DNA from: Microbotryum violaceum
Lineage: Eukaryota
Reading direction: 5' to 3'
NCBI GenBank assembly: GCA_001244265.2
Contig: CDLV01000007.1
Location: 1,364,001 to 1,428,000, forward strand
Length of the DNA stretch: 64,000 nt
A model generated the notes under the pieces. It did no database searches and was not told the origin of the DNA. It worked only from the letters and a program-made list of their open reading frames with translations. Below are positions 24,802 to 40,527 of this stretch, one piece after another (position 1 is the first letter of the stretch; every line of letters begins with the position of its first letter). Made by a program: the position numbers and the translations under genes.

Positions 24802-25686
24802 CCAGGTGGATTTCGACCTTCTTGGGCTGCGCAAACTATTGGCTTTTTTGGTGATTCACGGTAGCGGCGGGACCAATCCCGCCAGCGAGCTTTTTGTGCA
24901 ATTTTTGCTATCAAGTGTGGTGGTGTCCTGGAGGCACCACCGACCTTTTCGGCTGATTGATATCAGGATAATGGAGATATAGGGTTCTAATAGGCTTTGC
25001 ATCATTTTCTTTCATACTTGTTGAATGCTCGTTGGCCCGCGTTCATTCTCCGATAACATGATCGAAAGAGCCTCGAGTCGCTGTTCGCAGGCGCAAGCTA
25101 GGACGAAATGGTGGCAGTAAGTTACTTTCGCTTATCGAACACCGTGACAAGCACCTCTCGGCGACGATGACGCCTGTAAATATTCAATGTAAAGAAAAGT
25201 ATATTATAATTCGCACATGATTCTAGAGTAGACGGACTGTAACTCGTTTAAAAGGCGCGAGAACGCTTTGTCCAGCGAGTGCGCGCTTACTTTCGGGGCG
25301 GCCAGGACAGGCCCCTCGGCAACGTGGGCAATGGCGCGGGCCTGCGCGGGATGCGCACGTGCTTCAAGGGCCTGATAGTGAGATGAGAGCTGGCAATTTC
25401 GGGCTTCCCGCATCGCCAGTCCAGGTCATCATCATTTACGAGTGTCGACGAAGCCACCCTCATCGAAGCCGTGTCCGACCGTAGCAGATCGTCAAGATCA
25501 AAACCACGTCGTCTTGGCGCGTTTTGGGCTTGACGAGGACTCGTAGCACGTCCGACGCTTCGGACGCAGTGGGTACTGGGATGCGCCTCCTGTCAGTCGC
25601 TTCGACTGCCGGGTGTCACGTCCACTGCGTTCCTCCGCATCTTACTGACCAGCAATCGCGTCTGGCCATTACGCCAATAGGCCTCA

Positions 25687-26499
25687 ATGCGTCCTAAATC
25701 AAAGGTGCCCGGACTGGATCCACCACCGTGCTGCTCTGCTTCCTCCTCTTTCCTGTCATCATCCTCGGGGTCATCGTCATCGTCCTGCTCGTCCAGCTCG
25801 GGATTGCGTACCCCTCAATGCTCTGCCTACGGTAGCACTTACTCAAACGATCAGGGGCAATACCAGCGTTATTATGATGCCTCCAAGTCATGTCAGCTCG
25901 ATCCCGGCGCTCCAATGGACGTCTCACATAAAGGCGAGACATCTCCTTTTCCGGCCTCGTCGCCGATGCTTATCGAACTCCCGGCCCCACCTCCGCTACT
26001 TTTGCCCTTTGCATCATTTGCACTCCCATCTGCAGTATCTCCCACGCTGCCTGGGATCACATTCCAATTACCGAGCCTCTCTGGTCCAATAGCAATTGCA
26101 GGAAATCGGATGCATGGCGACGACGGTCTAGGTGAAGGTGCTTCCCAAACACCCACTCCTTCTTCATTAAGTCCAACTCGATCACCTCTTGGGAAGCTAC
26201 TCGACGATCTGACACCTGCGGACACAGCGGACCTACATGGTAGCAACAAGAATACCGCAGATCTTGCATGGGTAACAGCTGGCGCGTCCACGCGTCTGCC
26301 GGTGATCCCGACTCCAGCGCGTCGACATCGTCGAGGGCGTTCTTTGTCGGTCCATCTACTGTGGCGATCGAGCGTGACAGAAGAAGGATGGGAGGCTTTG
26401 AAGAGGCACTACGAACTGAAGATAGGGGCGCCGTGGCCGGTCTGGGGCAAGACGGGATGCGGTGACTGGTCTCTAAAGCTGGAACGCGCGGGGTTGTGA
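25687..26499 (+). CDS. Hypothetical S/P-rich protein
   Basis: 270-aa ATG ORF with low-complexity composition; no family recognised. Confidence 0.4.
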   Translation: MRPKSKVPGLDPPPCCSASSSFLSSSSGSSSSSCSSSSGLRTPQCSAYGSTYSNDQGQYQRYYDASKSCQLDPGAPMDVSHKGETSPFPASSPMLIELPAPPPLLLPFASFALPSAVSPTLPGITFQLPSLSGPIAIAGNRMHGDDGLGEGASQTPTPSSLSPTRSPLGKLLDDLTPADTADLHGSNKNTADLAWVTAGASTRLPVIPTPARRHRRGRSLSVHLLWRSSVTEEGWEALKRHYELKIGAPWPVWGKTGCGDWSLKLERAGL

Positions 26500-27593
26500 A
26501 GCGCCGTACGGTATGTTGCTTCAGCTGCAGTGCCGGTTCGACGCATAGGAGTGCTTGACGGCTTGACGTGTGATTCCCAGTATGCATTGGACTGGATACA
26601 CATGTACCTCCAAGAGGTCCAGTCTACTTCCGAAATTGTCTGAGTGTGGACACCCAACCTTGTATGACGGTCCTCGCGGCAGAGGTCTAGGCTGAGACTA
26701 GACTTTCGGGGACGAGGTGCGAGAGAGTTCTCGAGGGAGGATCAGGTTAGGACTGCGAAGCAACTGAAGCAGGACTTGAACTGTAGGGTTTCTTGAGAAG
26801 GGCAAGGAGTGTGATTGCAAAGGAGTGTTGTAGGAGTATGGGGTATTGGTATGAGGCTGAGTTTTAGTTGTTGCTTGTAGGAAGCAAAGGATCAACTATC
26901 AAATGGCCGGCTTTTATAGTAAAAGCCGTGGAATGTTGTGGAAGGTGATGGAAGGTTTTCTACAAGCAAGATATCACAATGCCCGATGTCCGGGTTGCCA
27001 GATGGAAGGTTGAGGAACGATGTGAGATTTCATGGAACGAAGAAGGAAGGTGAAGAGAGGACCGGCGTTAGTCGCGCTTGATCTTCGAGCCGGACCAGAG
27101 TTGTAGTGGAATTCGGCTCACCAAGACCGTTACACCGTTACACCTTGGGGTGCTCGACCGATAGCTCTGCTGCAGTGGAGCCTGAGAAGTTGCGAATCGC
27201 ACAGCATTGCCTGCTTCAGACGTGTGCTGGCTCGTGGGGTCTAGGAGGGCCCCTTCCGCTGGCCAATCCGCATATCTCACTGCGCATACCAGTAAGAGTC
27301 GACCTAGCACCTATGCGCTAGGTATTTGTCCTCGCATACGTGACCATAAAGGGAGTCCCTCCAGTAGATCTAGTGAAGTCTCGAAAGCGGACTAATTACC
27401 CACGTGTTTCTCTCGGACGGTGTCAGGACATCTGGGCGAGAAACAAAGACCAGAGAACTAAACACAGGAGCATAGCCGCCGAAATCGAAAATACATGAAC
27501 GCAGCTGTCGGGCTCGAGATGAACAATCCGACAGCTAGCGCCGAGCAACACGCGGCGTGTGAATGGTACGGCTGAATATTCAATGTTGAACAC

Positions 27594-27734
27594 GATCGGA
27601 CTGAGTGGTCTGGACTCCGGTCGTTGGTCAGACCTCAGGCGATCGGACTGAGTGGTCTGGACTCCGGTCGGTGGTCAGACCTCAGGCGATCGGACTGAGT
27701 GGTCTGGACTCCGGTCGGTGGTCAGACCTCAGGC
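27594..27734. repeat. Three tandem copies of a 47-bp hairpin-forming unit
   Basis: gatcggactgagtggtctggactccggtcg(t/g)tggtcagacctcaggc occurs three times with one mismatch and no spacers. Confidence 0.95.
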
Positions 27735-28463
27735 CTCAGGGCCGCGGTGCTTCATTCGTCCCACATCATGACCACTGCTGTGGCGCGGCGCGCGGACCAG
27801 GGAGTCGGCGGAGCCATTGAGCAGTATGCAAGGTGCCCTTAGGATAGGTACCTGTGTCACGAGCAACGGGAGATTATAAGCACGAGCTCTAATTAAGGAT
27901 AAATCACCGTGAACCGTGGACCCGGCTAGAGAGAACCTGAGCCCACGCGCCGAGTTTGCGGAGGATCGCGGGCGCGAACTTCTTCAATAGAAGACGTCTT
28001 GGAGACCCCGAGTCTTCACGGGTTTGGCTCGATACTCCAGATGGCAGGGATCCATAGGTAGCTTGTGGGAGAATACAAAAAAATGCATGATTCTGGATAG
28101 CTGAGCATGTGTTCCAAATGGAACCTTCGCAACCAATCGGTTTTCAAACATAAAACGAAATGGTAAATCAAAAGCAAGATCGATCGGCGGCATCACTTTT
28201 TCGATCAGGAACAACACGCGCGAACGGCCCGGCGGCTCCAATCGCAAGCCTAAGCAAGTCACACGACTTGTGTGTGATAGCAGAAGCCTGTCGCATCCGT
28301 CGCGACCCTTCTATACTCGCAGTCGTTTCGCATCGTATTTGCTTTGTCGGTCAGATATCGTGGAGTGAACATAGACACTCGGACGCCATCGGTCCTTGTT
28401 GGGAGCCGCCTGCCAGTCGGAGCCCGTTGTTCGTCGTCCATCTTCGCGACTAAGCTTCGGCCC

Positions 28464-31156
28464 ATGTTGAAAGCGCTGGAGCGACGACGATCACAGGCCA
28501 CGCCCGACGCCGAAGCGCTGTCAAGCATCAAACACGGGCCCTTCGTACCTCCGGTCCCCTATAGTGTAGATCTGGATGACTTGACGAGTGAGGATCTGAT
28601 CGAGCTTGCCCAAGTAAGCCTACCGTGCCTGCTCTGACCGGCTCTTGGTTTGGCGACGGCCTCGAACCGCTTCGGTCTTGTTGATGACTGAACCTCGCCC
28701 CTCCTCGCTCTGTATCCGCCCGCACCGGATGCTTCATCACTTAGGTTGACCTTATCGGTCGCCATCGTGGGGACGCTATCATCAAGCTATCGCGAGCCGT
28801 CGCGCTCGGATCCTCTGCGGGATGCGAACTGCTAGCCAAGTGAGTCGTCTGCGCTTGGGAAGCCAAGGGGTTCCGTTCATGGGCTAGCACTCTCTAGCAC
28901 TCGGCACTTGCTGGTCGAGATGCAGCCCTGATGTATCTACCTTGCCTTACAGTCTTCTGTCAAAAGGTCTGCAAGGCTCAACTCCGACCGTGTGTTCGCC
29001 TCCTCCGCCATCATCAACTTCGTCCGCGAGTTACTTCCCGATCGCCTCCTCGGCAGCCCTCGAATCAACACTGCGTATCGAGAAGACTCCCTTTACAGAT
29101 CCTTTGGCCCCTGCACACCTTTATATTAGGGGCTTGGAGTTCGAATTGAACTGCGGTGTTCATCGATGCCCGGTGGATCCGTTCCGCTCTGTGGCCTCAA
29201 ACCCTTCCTCGACAAGCTCATCAAGTTCAAGCGGCAGTCCTCCGATCAAGAGACGAGTAGACCTCGACAAGGTACTTGACCTCGTCATTGGAGTGAGTTA
29301 CCCCCTTGATCCCGACTTGGCTTCACATTGACACCCCGCAAAAACGGAACTAATAGTGCCCCATCTTCGATTTATTGTCCCAGCTCGTTGACGAATATCG
29401 GTACGGGCGAATGCGACACGACCACGACGATCCAAATTACCTCAATCTCTGGGCGCGGGGATGTCGAGTCGCAGAGCTTGCTACACTCCACCCCGACGTC
29501 ATCACACCTCGGATCAAGGTGTTGGTCGCGCCGTTCCCGCGCTCGGGACAGCCGTGGCCGACTGTCTTGCCGCTAGCGTTGGCGCCGGCACACAATTGGG
29601 CCTCCGCATCTGCGGAGGCTACTTCTCGTACCGACCTGAGCACACCACGATCAACAAGTACACGCATCAGGAGGAAGGTCGTTGTTACGCTCCAGTGCTA
29701 TCTGCTCTACCTACTTGCTCTTCAATCCTGGCATCGAGACCAAGGGGCTGCCGAGCGATATTGGGAGGAGATCGTCAATATCGCACAAGACTGCGGCGGC
29801 CACGTCGAGGAGATTGTGGCCAAAGCTATGAAACGTCTCGCACGGGACTCGGGCTTTGAAATTTGGAAACGAGAAATCGATTGCGCTCTCGGGGGACTCC
29901 CCTCACCGACGCCATCGTCGTCATCAAACATCGACTGCACGTCGACCCCTGCCTTCCAACCTTCGGCGAATACTGTGTTGCGTGCACGGAGCGAGAGAAC
30001 ATTCACCTCCAAATTGGCTCGCGCAGAACCCTCGCAACCCGCTTCCTTCTTTCAGCTTGCGCATACGTATGGCTACCCTTCCCCGCCCGATTCGGAACAG
30101 GGCTCGCCGCCGAACGTGGTTGTATCTCTACGTATATCCGACAGTCTTGAGGAGAAGTCATACGCACCTGATATCGGTTCAGGCAGTCCGAACGCAGCCG
30201 TTGACTACGCGGCAACTCGCAGCCTTCGTCGAATCGCATCGAACGCATCCATCGTGTTCGCGCCGCCTCGCCTCATCCGCCAGGTGGCGTCGAGCTCCTC
30301 GCTCTCCACATGTGCTCACGCTGCCGCACTACCGCATCGAGTCTCGGAGTCCACTTGGACAGCGACAGGCGCGTTGCCTGCGAATGGCAATCACTCCTCC
30401 GTGGTCCCGATTGCGCCGTCACGACCCGCATCTGCTCGTGCGGCGACGTGGGCCGGCACGCTCCGGCGACGGGTGTCGGAGCTCTCCATATCGGCAAAGT
30501 TCCAAGAGGGCACATTGCCCAATTCCGCAGCATCATCACTCTTGCGCCGGGTGCTTCAAAGAAATGATGACGCCGTCGCGTCGGCCGGCATGTGGGAGGA
30601 TTCGGACCTGTTTGAGGACGACCAAGAATCCGAGCTCTACTCGGTTCCGCCTACGCCCCCCGCCTCCGAGTCTCCGGTCGTACAAAAGCTTTGCGACAAC
30701 ATTCGCGAGCGATCACTCTTGAGTCGGCACCGATCCTACGTGACACTGCCCAAAGTGAACGAAGCCTCCCGCCTTCGCTACAACTCACGTCCCCCAGCGA
30801 TGAGGACGCCGACTTGCACCGTCACACCCCCGACCCCAACGAAGGAGCACTTGCTTCCCCCTCGCCCTCCCCGTCGAATCCGCTCTTCTCGCTCGCTCCG
30901 CCGAGCCAAGATCCATGCCTTCGAGTCATTTCCTCCGTCGCCCGTGCGCGGCGGCGCAGACGACTTTACATCACCTAGGATGAGGCCAATCGATCCGTTC
31001 TTGCTCGAGTTGGAGCATAACTCTCGTGTTGGCGTGGCCACAGTTTGCGATGGGTGTGGTATCAACGGTCTAAACTACCCAGCATGCCCTCGGTGCGGTA
31101 AGAAGTATTGTGGTCGAGCTTGCCGCGTCGGCAGTCAAGCTCGACACACGTGTTAA
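28464..31156 (+). CDS. Hypothetical protein with a C-terminal MYND-like zinc finger; multi-exon, start uncertain
   Basis: A 593-codon terminal frame ends CDGC...CPRCGKKYCGRACR...HTC*. GT-AG introns lie upstream. Confidence 0.7.
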
Positions 31157-31629
31157 AGATCAGTATTATACCCCTTTGTCTCGCTAGCGCAGGTTTCAGT
31201 GTATGTGCACCAATCTGTATTCAGCAATTAGTTGGGATTAGAAGTAGTGGAAAGGTCACTCGTAGGATGTGTATGTAATTTTGGTGGTCCCGAAGGCCCG
31301 CAAGGTCGAGCCGGAAATTTCGAGCGTAAAGCCACATGGACGGCAGTCCATCGCCGAATGCAGTAATTGTGGGGCTGTGGCAGCGTATGCTGTTGATACA
31401 GCAAGAGATCGCATGAGAGCTTAGTTGAGCTAAAGTAGACCCTTGCTGAGAACTAAGTACTGTTTGCCGTCAGACCCCCCTGCGACTGCCCTCGGAGTCC
31501 ATTGGGGGCGAGTGATTGAGCTTGAGCCTGATCGTGTCAGACCAGACTAATTCGGGGGAAAGCTGCCCGACCGGCTTCGAGGCCCCGGCAAGCTTAGTGT
31601 TCGGCAACATCGCCCTCGCAAGTGTAGGG

Positions 31630-33387
31630 ATGGCATCGTTCACAGCTTCGCTACGGAGCACGTATCGCGTTAAGTTGTTACCGACAGTTGCTCGGACACC
31701 ACTTCAATGTACATGTGGTGCGGTGTACAGGCGTTCCTTCGCGACGTCATCTTGGCCGGCTGCTTCGACCTCGACTTCGCAGGCGCCGGCACAGGACAAG
31801 CTCATTACGGCGACTAGGACGGTGCTTGATCAGGCAAAAGCTACGAATGATGGAGGTATTGCGGCTGCAAAGCGTGAAAGGGAGCTCGATGGTCTGAGAC
31901 GCGCGCTAGCGGATGTAGAGGATGGTCAAGCGGTGAGCCTTAGCTGGGCCTGCCGAGCATTTCAGCTTGCGATCACCGAGCGGCGCGTCGCATGGAAGGA
32001 TTCGTTACACCGCACCAGAACCATTCACTGCGAAAGTTGGAACCAGTGCCAAATGGCTCGGGCATACAGCTGTCGAACAAGATCGTGCCGCTTTTCTTTG
32101 TGAAAGATTGGACCGCTTTGGCTCGGCAGATCTCATACACGGAACCAATGTGCTGATCGAGGTGCCCTCCCCTCATCTTGTTTTGGACGTTGTAGCTTAT
32201 CAGTACCCTACAAGAACTGGCCGATGCTGAACCGGACGAAGAATTGCGCGAATTGGCCTTGGGCGATCTGCCAGAAGCTACGGCGACCCTTGCATCGCTT
32301 CGGTCGACCTTGCTGAATACTCTGCTCCCGCCGACGCCGACCGCGTCACTCTCGGCGATACTCGAAGTGAAGTCCGGCGTCGGTGGATCTGAATCGTCGC
32401 TGTTCGCTGCAGAACTTGTTCGCATGTACACGCGCTTGGCGGTTCGGAAAGGATGGAAGGCAAGTTTGGTCGAAGTCGTTGGCTTGGGCAGCGTCGGACA
32501 AGGCACGGGCGATGCCTACAGGGAAGCGATCTTGGAAGTCACGGGCGAAGGCGCATTCGGAATGTTGAGGAGAGAAGCGGGCGTACATAGAGTGCAGAGG
32601 GTACCCGCGACGGAAAGCCAGGGGCGGCTGCACACGAGCACCGTCGGCATCATTGTGAGTTGCCTCGCCGACCTTGGGCTCGCGAAACCGTGCACTGAAC
32701 GCAGCATACCTCCATGGGCAATTTCAGGTCCTGCCATCAGAAACCGGCAATTCTGCACCGATAGACGATGACTTATTCGACCAAAAGGATGTCAAAGTCG
32801 AAGTAATGAGGTCCCGAGGCGCCGGCGGTCAAGTAAGTTTTCTCGTTTGCGGCGGCAGTAATGCTGCCATTCAAAGTTCATCGTACTGCGACATCGGCTG
32901 ATATACGGCCATTTCCATCGTCTCACGCACAGCACGTCAACAAAACCGAGTCGGCGATTCGATTAACCCATCAGCCCACAGGCATCAGCGTATCGATGCA
33001 AGATTCTCGCTCGCAGCACGAGGTGAGTTTTTGGCAATGTGTAAAAGTTTGGCATCGCATTCCCTCACTCGAGGAGATATAATCTCGTAGAATCGAACCA
33101 AAGCCTACAAAGTGCTACGGGCTCGCCTCATGGACCGCAAGCTGCAGATCGAGCAAGAGGCGCGACGGTCGGTGCGAAGGAACCAGGTGCGAGGCGCGGA
33201 CCGGAGCGAGAAGATTCGAACGTACAACTTCCCGCAGGACCGATTGACAGACCACCGTATCCCGCTGACCATATCGGGGTTGGCGGACGCGATGGAAGGG
33301 GGCGAAACGTTGGACATGGTCGCGCGGGAATTGCAGATCCGCGAAGAGGAAGACGGCATTGAAGACATCCTGGCTGGAGTTGACTAG
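31630..33387 (+). CDS. MRF1: Mitochondrial peptide chain release factor 1, multi-exon
   Basis: Mitochondrial-type leader; [35 protein letters not shown] (PxT), [15 protein letters not shown] (GGQ) and [19 protein letters not shown]. Confidence 0.95.
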
Positions 33388-34423
33388 ACCATGCACTGGC
33401 GAGGAGTATGCTGCAATTATCTGAGCGACCAAACTTGATGAACCAAGTTCTTCAAGTTGCGCAATTAAGTGCCCTCGCGCCACCTGGCGTCCGGAACCTG
33501 GAAGAGACGCTCCCGATTGAGACGTGAAAGAGCCTGCAGGCCCGTTCAAGTGACAATGATGGGGTTACTGTAGAGTGACGGAACGAGCTTAACTGATGCT
33601 GTGCGGCAGTGAGTTGAGAGGACCCTGGAAAGACCTACTAGGGTTCGCCGTCGGCCATCGTGGCGCGCGGCAGCCGCTCCCCTTTCTGATTGACGAGCGG
33701 TGTGATCTCTTGAAACTTGCCACCGACAGCTTCGACAAAAGTGCGGACAAAAGGGTGGCAATGCACCGTTCCGTGTCGGGCATCGAACGTGCACGTGTAC
33801 TGAGCCATCTGAGTTTTACGTTGCGATCGAGTTAAGCACGGGCCTATGGTAGCCTGCAGCTCTTTTGTAACATTCGACCAGGCGAGGGAACACTCACTTG
33901 GTGATACTTGGCCTCATGAGGTCGGGAGTCCAATCCAACTACACCGTTCGCCATGTCGGTGGTCTATTCTGCTGCAAAGCTAGTGTAGGCGCAGAGGTCG
34001 AACTGAATCCTAGCCTGCAGCTGAAGCGCGTGCCAAATCATCCACAGTCCAAAATCCGTCCAAAGTTCCAAACGGCCCAGTAGTAACGGGCCCATCGTTA
34101 GCCCGCGGCTCGGCAAAACCGGCGGAGCGGAATGAGCCAGGCTCGCCGGCTGGGCTGATCGACTTTAGTGCTCGAACGTGCAAAAGCTGCGAAGGACTTT
34201 CGATGACCACGCGCATCTGGCATCGGCCGACGCTCCTTCTCCTCCCACACACTCCCATCTTCATCCTCGTCAGTGCCCCCTGTTCGGATAATCTTTCCTT
34301 GATCTTCCGACTAAAATCTTCTTGGTTCCTACCTCCTGCCTCTTGTGCTTTCGCCCTCCCGGCATGCCTCCGCACCCAACAACAGCCTCTCACCCAACCC
34401 CCTCCTCAAAACAAACTTTCAGA

Positions 34424-36625
<2,202 letters not shown>

Positions 36626-36954
36626 ACGGCGTCTCGACCTCGCGTCAATGCGTGCGTCTAGCGTTTGGTTGCGCATCTCTATAGCCGTTTTGAAGCAGTA
36701 CACTTTGTAGCACAACACCAAAACGTAGACCCTCAACTGGTCACCGTTTTGCCTTGCCCATCCCTCCCCTTACTCACCCCTTCCCCTTTCACTGTACCGT
36801 CGCTCTTGGCTTTCGACGCGCAACTCTTCGATTCGCATCATTCGCATTCTTCCTCCATTCACAACATGACAATATAATGACTGTTCCACCAGCAAACAGC
36901 TCGAGAGCAAAGATGGGCATGAAGGGTTCCCGACGGGCGCGCTTCGTTGTGTTC

Positions 36955-37193
<239 letters not shown>

Positions 37194-37359
37194 TGATGCT
37201 GTGGTATCGCCAACAGGCGAGATATCATTCCAGGATGGGTATGCGGAACTACTTGTACAACATGCATATGCTAGCTTATACCTGCCAGCTTTACACAGTC
37301 AAGTATATCTATATAAGCACCGTAAAATCAGGAGTAACCCGAGAATGATATCGGACGCT

Positions 37360-39363
37360 CTAGGCAACCACGGCCTGTGGGTTCGACAACTCGGCGTTCA
37401 TGTTCTGCGCCATCATCCGATGAACAGACGTCACCGGGTGCAGCGTGTCAAAGTACAAAAAGCTCTTCGGGTTGGCGCACAGCTTGCCTTTGCTGTAGCA
37501 AGGTGTGGTCACTGGCGAAACGGTGATGCCGTACGACCCTGGCGATTTGTACATCTCTTGCCACTAAGAGGAGGCACGTTCGCGGCGTCAGCAAATAGTC
37601 TCTCTGCTCGCTCAATGAAAGCCATTTTTTAACTGACCAAGGCGGTAAGGTCGTAATACCACACGCGCGAAGTCGGCCCCGCCGCAGCCCTCAGCTGCAC
37701 GACGAGCGTTTGAAGAGCAAAGTTGTACATTTGCGACAACACTGACAATTGCGCCAGTGCTTGTTGTCGATCCGAGTTGGAGAATCTTGACGGGACGAGA
37801 AACCGGAATGACGGGACCGTATCGAGAGGCGGGATTCCGACCACCATATAATCCGCCGTGACGACTTCGCTGCGCGAAATAGACACAGAGGGGACGGGGA
37901 TGTCAGGCGAAGCCTCGGTGGACCGACCCTGAGACGCGGGAGAGCAAGCACGACTTACGAAACGAGGGTAGGATCATTGATAAGTTTGACAATCCCGGTA
38001 ATGTAGGTGTTGACGCTCAGCGTCAATGAGATCCTCGCAGCTTGAGTGGCACTACCGATGGACCAGTCTGTAGCGATTACGTCATGTTCCCTTTTTGTTC
38101 CCTTTTTTATTTTCTTGTTTTTTATTCGGGCGCTTATTTTATTTAATTTTTTTGCGCTTTTTATAAAAAATAAGCGCCCGAATAAAATAAAGCGCGCTGT
38201 TGTTTTTAAGAAAAACAGACAAAAAAGAGAAAATAAAAAACTGTTCGAAGTGATGGGATGTAAAGAATGGGAAATAGAGTCTCCGACGGTCTTAACCAGA
38301 AGTATAGTTGTTGACCGTTTTCATCAGTGTCGCCTAAAGATTAGACTATACGATATTATGAAAGTATATATTATTACATTGGACTAAAGACGTCGAGAGC
38401 CCATTTCGGATAGAGCGGTACCAAATTTGTTCAACCGGGTTAATTCCTGTAGAGAAGCCAAGTGCTGAGACGTCAGCAGGTATGCGCTGCGGTTACCGAT
38501 GAAGCGTTATGAAAGCTTGTCAGGCGGGTTGACACTCACCAGAGTTGAAGTAGTGTAGAACGCGACCTGAACCGACGTTGCCAGTCTTGGTTTTCAGGTC
38601 ACTCAGGTACATGGACATCTGAGGAAAAGCGAGAGATAAGGCATGTCTTAGCTACGTAGGACATGGCCAAAACGTTCTGACTCTTCAACCTTCACTCACC
38701 TGGGTGACGATGCCCGGAGCCGAAGCGGTGCCTTCAGTTCCGGCAAGTCCATTCAAAATCACGGATCCTCCAATAGCATCTTTATGGGATTCCAAGGGTA
38801 TAATCTTCAGATACTTGTCTGCTTCCAAACATCCACGAGGGCTCGAAATGGCACACTCACAATCGATCAATTTCACTTTCGTCACCCCGGCAGCGACCGG
38901 CATAGCGGGACTGACGGTGGGGTCGACCATATACTCGACCTCCACGGGTCCGTTGCTGTATCGTCCGTTGATATACGGTGCAAAGTTACGAATGCTGGCC
39001 AAATATTTGGCCGCCCGCGCATGCGCGTTGTCTGTTGTCAAGCGAAAAGCAAGGGAGGAGGGTCAAGTTGAAAAGGGGTAGGGCCTCAGTTCCTAGTTCC
39101 GAAAAGCGCTGTCTGGGGCCACTTTGCCCTTGCATGACGCATCTCCGAGGTCGACACAGTTCCACAATGACTGACCTGTGAAACTAGCTCCAAAGGCGAC
39201 CAAGGCCGAATATCCTTCCATCGACGTATCTCGTTTCTGCACCCTTCGCGACCGGGGGTTCCGATACTCGGGCGGCACGGCGGCCGAGGACGCCGTGTTA
39301 GGAGAGCCGCTTGGAGTCGGAGCAGCAAGGACTGTGACAGGCACTCGGGCAAGAGAGATACAT
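37360..39363 (-). CDS. Secreted SGNH/GDSL-like hydrolase (CE16-like), multi-exon, with an AT-rich insert in one exon; start uncertain
   Basis: Block I ALVAFGASFT|DN, GRYSNGPV..EY, block II YAIGGS, block III SGINP, VGIPPL and block V YFDTLHP. Confidence 0.8.
38068..38378. mobile_element. About 310-bp AT-rich palindromic insertion (TG...CA bounded) within an SGNH hydrolase exon
   Basis: Abrupt AT-rich segment in a GC-rich gene, with internal inverted repeat ttttattcgggcgcttattt / aaataagcgcccgaataaaa. The coding frame resumes on both sides. Confidence 0.6.
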
Positions 39364-40527
39364 CCCATTACGATGATGAGCAGGCTCGCCAGAGATCGAG
39401 GTCGGAGGGCGTGTGCGCGGCGCAAAGGCGGGAGTGCACCGCCCAAACTTGTTTGGCATGGGTCGACGGCGATCATTCCTCGGAGACACGCTCCGAACGC
39501 CGTTATGTCGAGCGCGGACCACAGGGCTCCGATAGGGCGAGTGAAGCTGCTGGAGGGCCCCTATGGGGGGTGTGAATCAAGGGAGGGTACTGTCCAAGAA
39601 GTGCCGCACATACAGGACGGTATTCAAGAAGGAGGGTTCCGGGGTCGGAACGATGTCCCGGAAGCACGAGTCTCAGTTGCTCTGCGAAACGTGCATCGCA
39701 ATTCGCGTGAGCAAACGCGCCAGAGCGCGGCGATTGCCGGCCGGCAAGGCTGTGAATCGATCGACAACAAGCCCCGGATTCTTCATCAACCCAAGTCCGT
39801 GCACCCTCGATTTAAAGTATGTCAGGTCGACGCAAGGTCTCCGCCCGACACCAAGTGCACGACGTACAAGCGCTGCACGGCACCTTTCCTTTCAACGTAG
39901 TCCCTCTTGGTAAACATCAGCTTCTACAATCCAACGGCAACATTGCAGTGTGAAAGCCCAGCGGCGGTGGCCGCCCCTTTAACTAGGTCAAGCTAGAAAA
40001 AAATCCGGGCCTGAGAGAGTCGGACTCAAGCAGGATCTACCGGCTGCGACTCAGCCTGCCGGAGAGGCGGTATCCGCGCAAAGCTTCACTCAGGTGGGTA
40101 CCCCTGCAGTTGATTGAACACTCCTTGATAAGCGATTGGTGCCGAGAAATCTTTACAAGGAGCTCCCTATCAAAGGGTCAAGGGTCCGATCGACCAGTTA
40201 CTAGCTCCGCGGGCCGGGGCCCTTTTCGAAAAAGTGAGACATTTTCCAATTTTTCGATCGCCGCTTGCGACCGAGGGCGCGAAACGTGCGTGCGCCGCCG
40301 GACAGTCGTCGATCGAATGGACCGACTCACTGCAGTGCAGCGCACGTGATGGACCCGTCAGATCATGGCGTTGTTCTACCCAGGACCAACACCAACGCAA
40401 GGCCTAGAACACCGATTTTTGTTCATGTAAGCGATGTGATCGACCTAGGTTGGCTCGGGCAACTTGATAATACAACTCGCCGACAATTTTTTGGCATTGG
40501 CTGGGCGCGAGTCGCGGTGAATAGCCC

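Noticed and set aside
26700-27060. Possible TE or gene 5' fragment with GGAAGG-rich tract
   Set aside because: No recognisable coding motif or boundaries.
27594-27734. CRISPR-like array (hairpin repeats)
   Set aside because: Units are contiguous with no unique spacers, there are no cas genes, and the context is eukaryotic.
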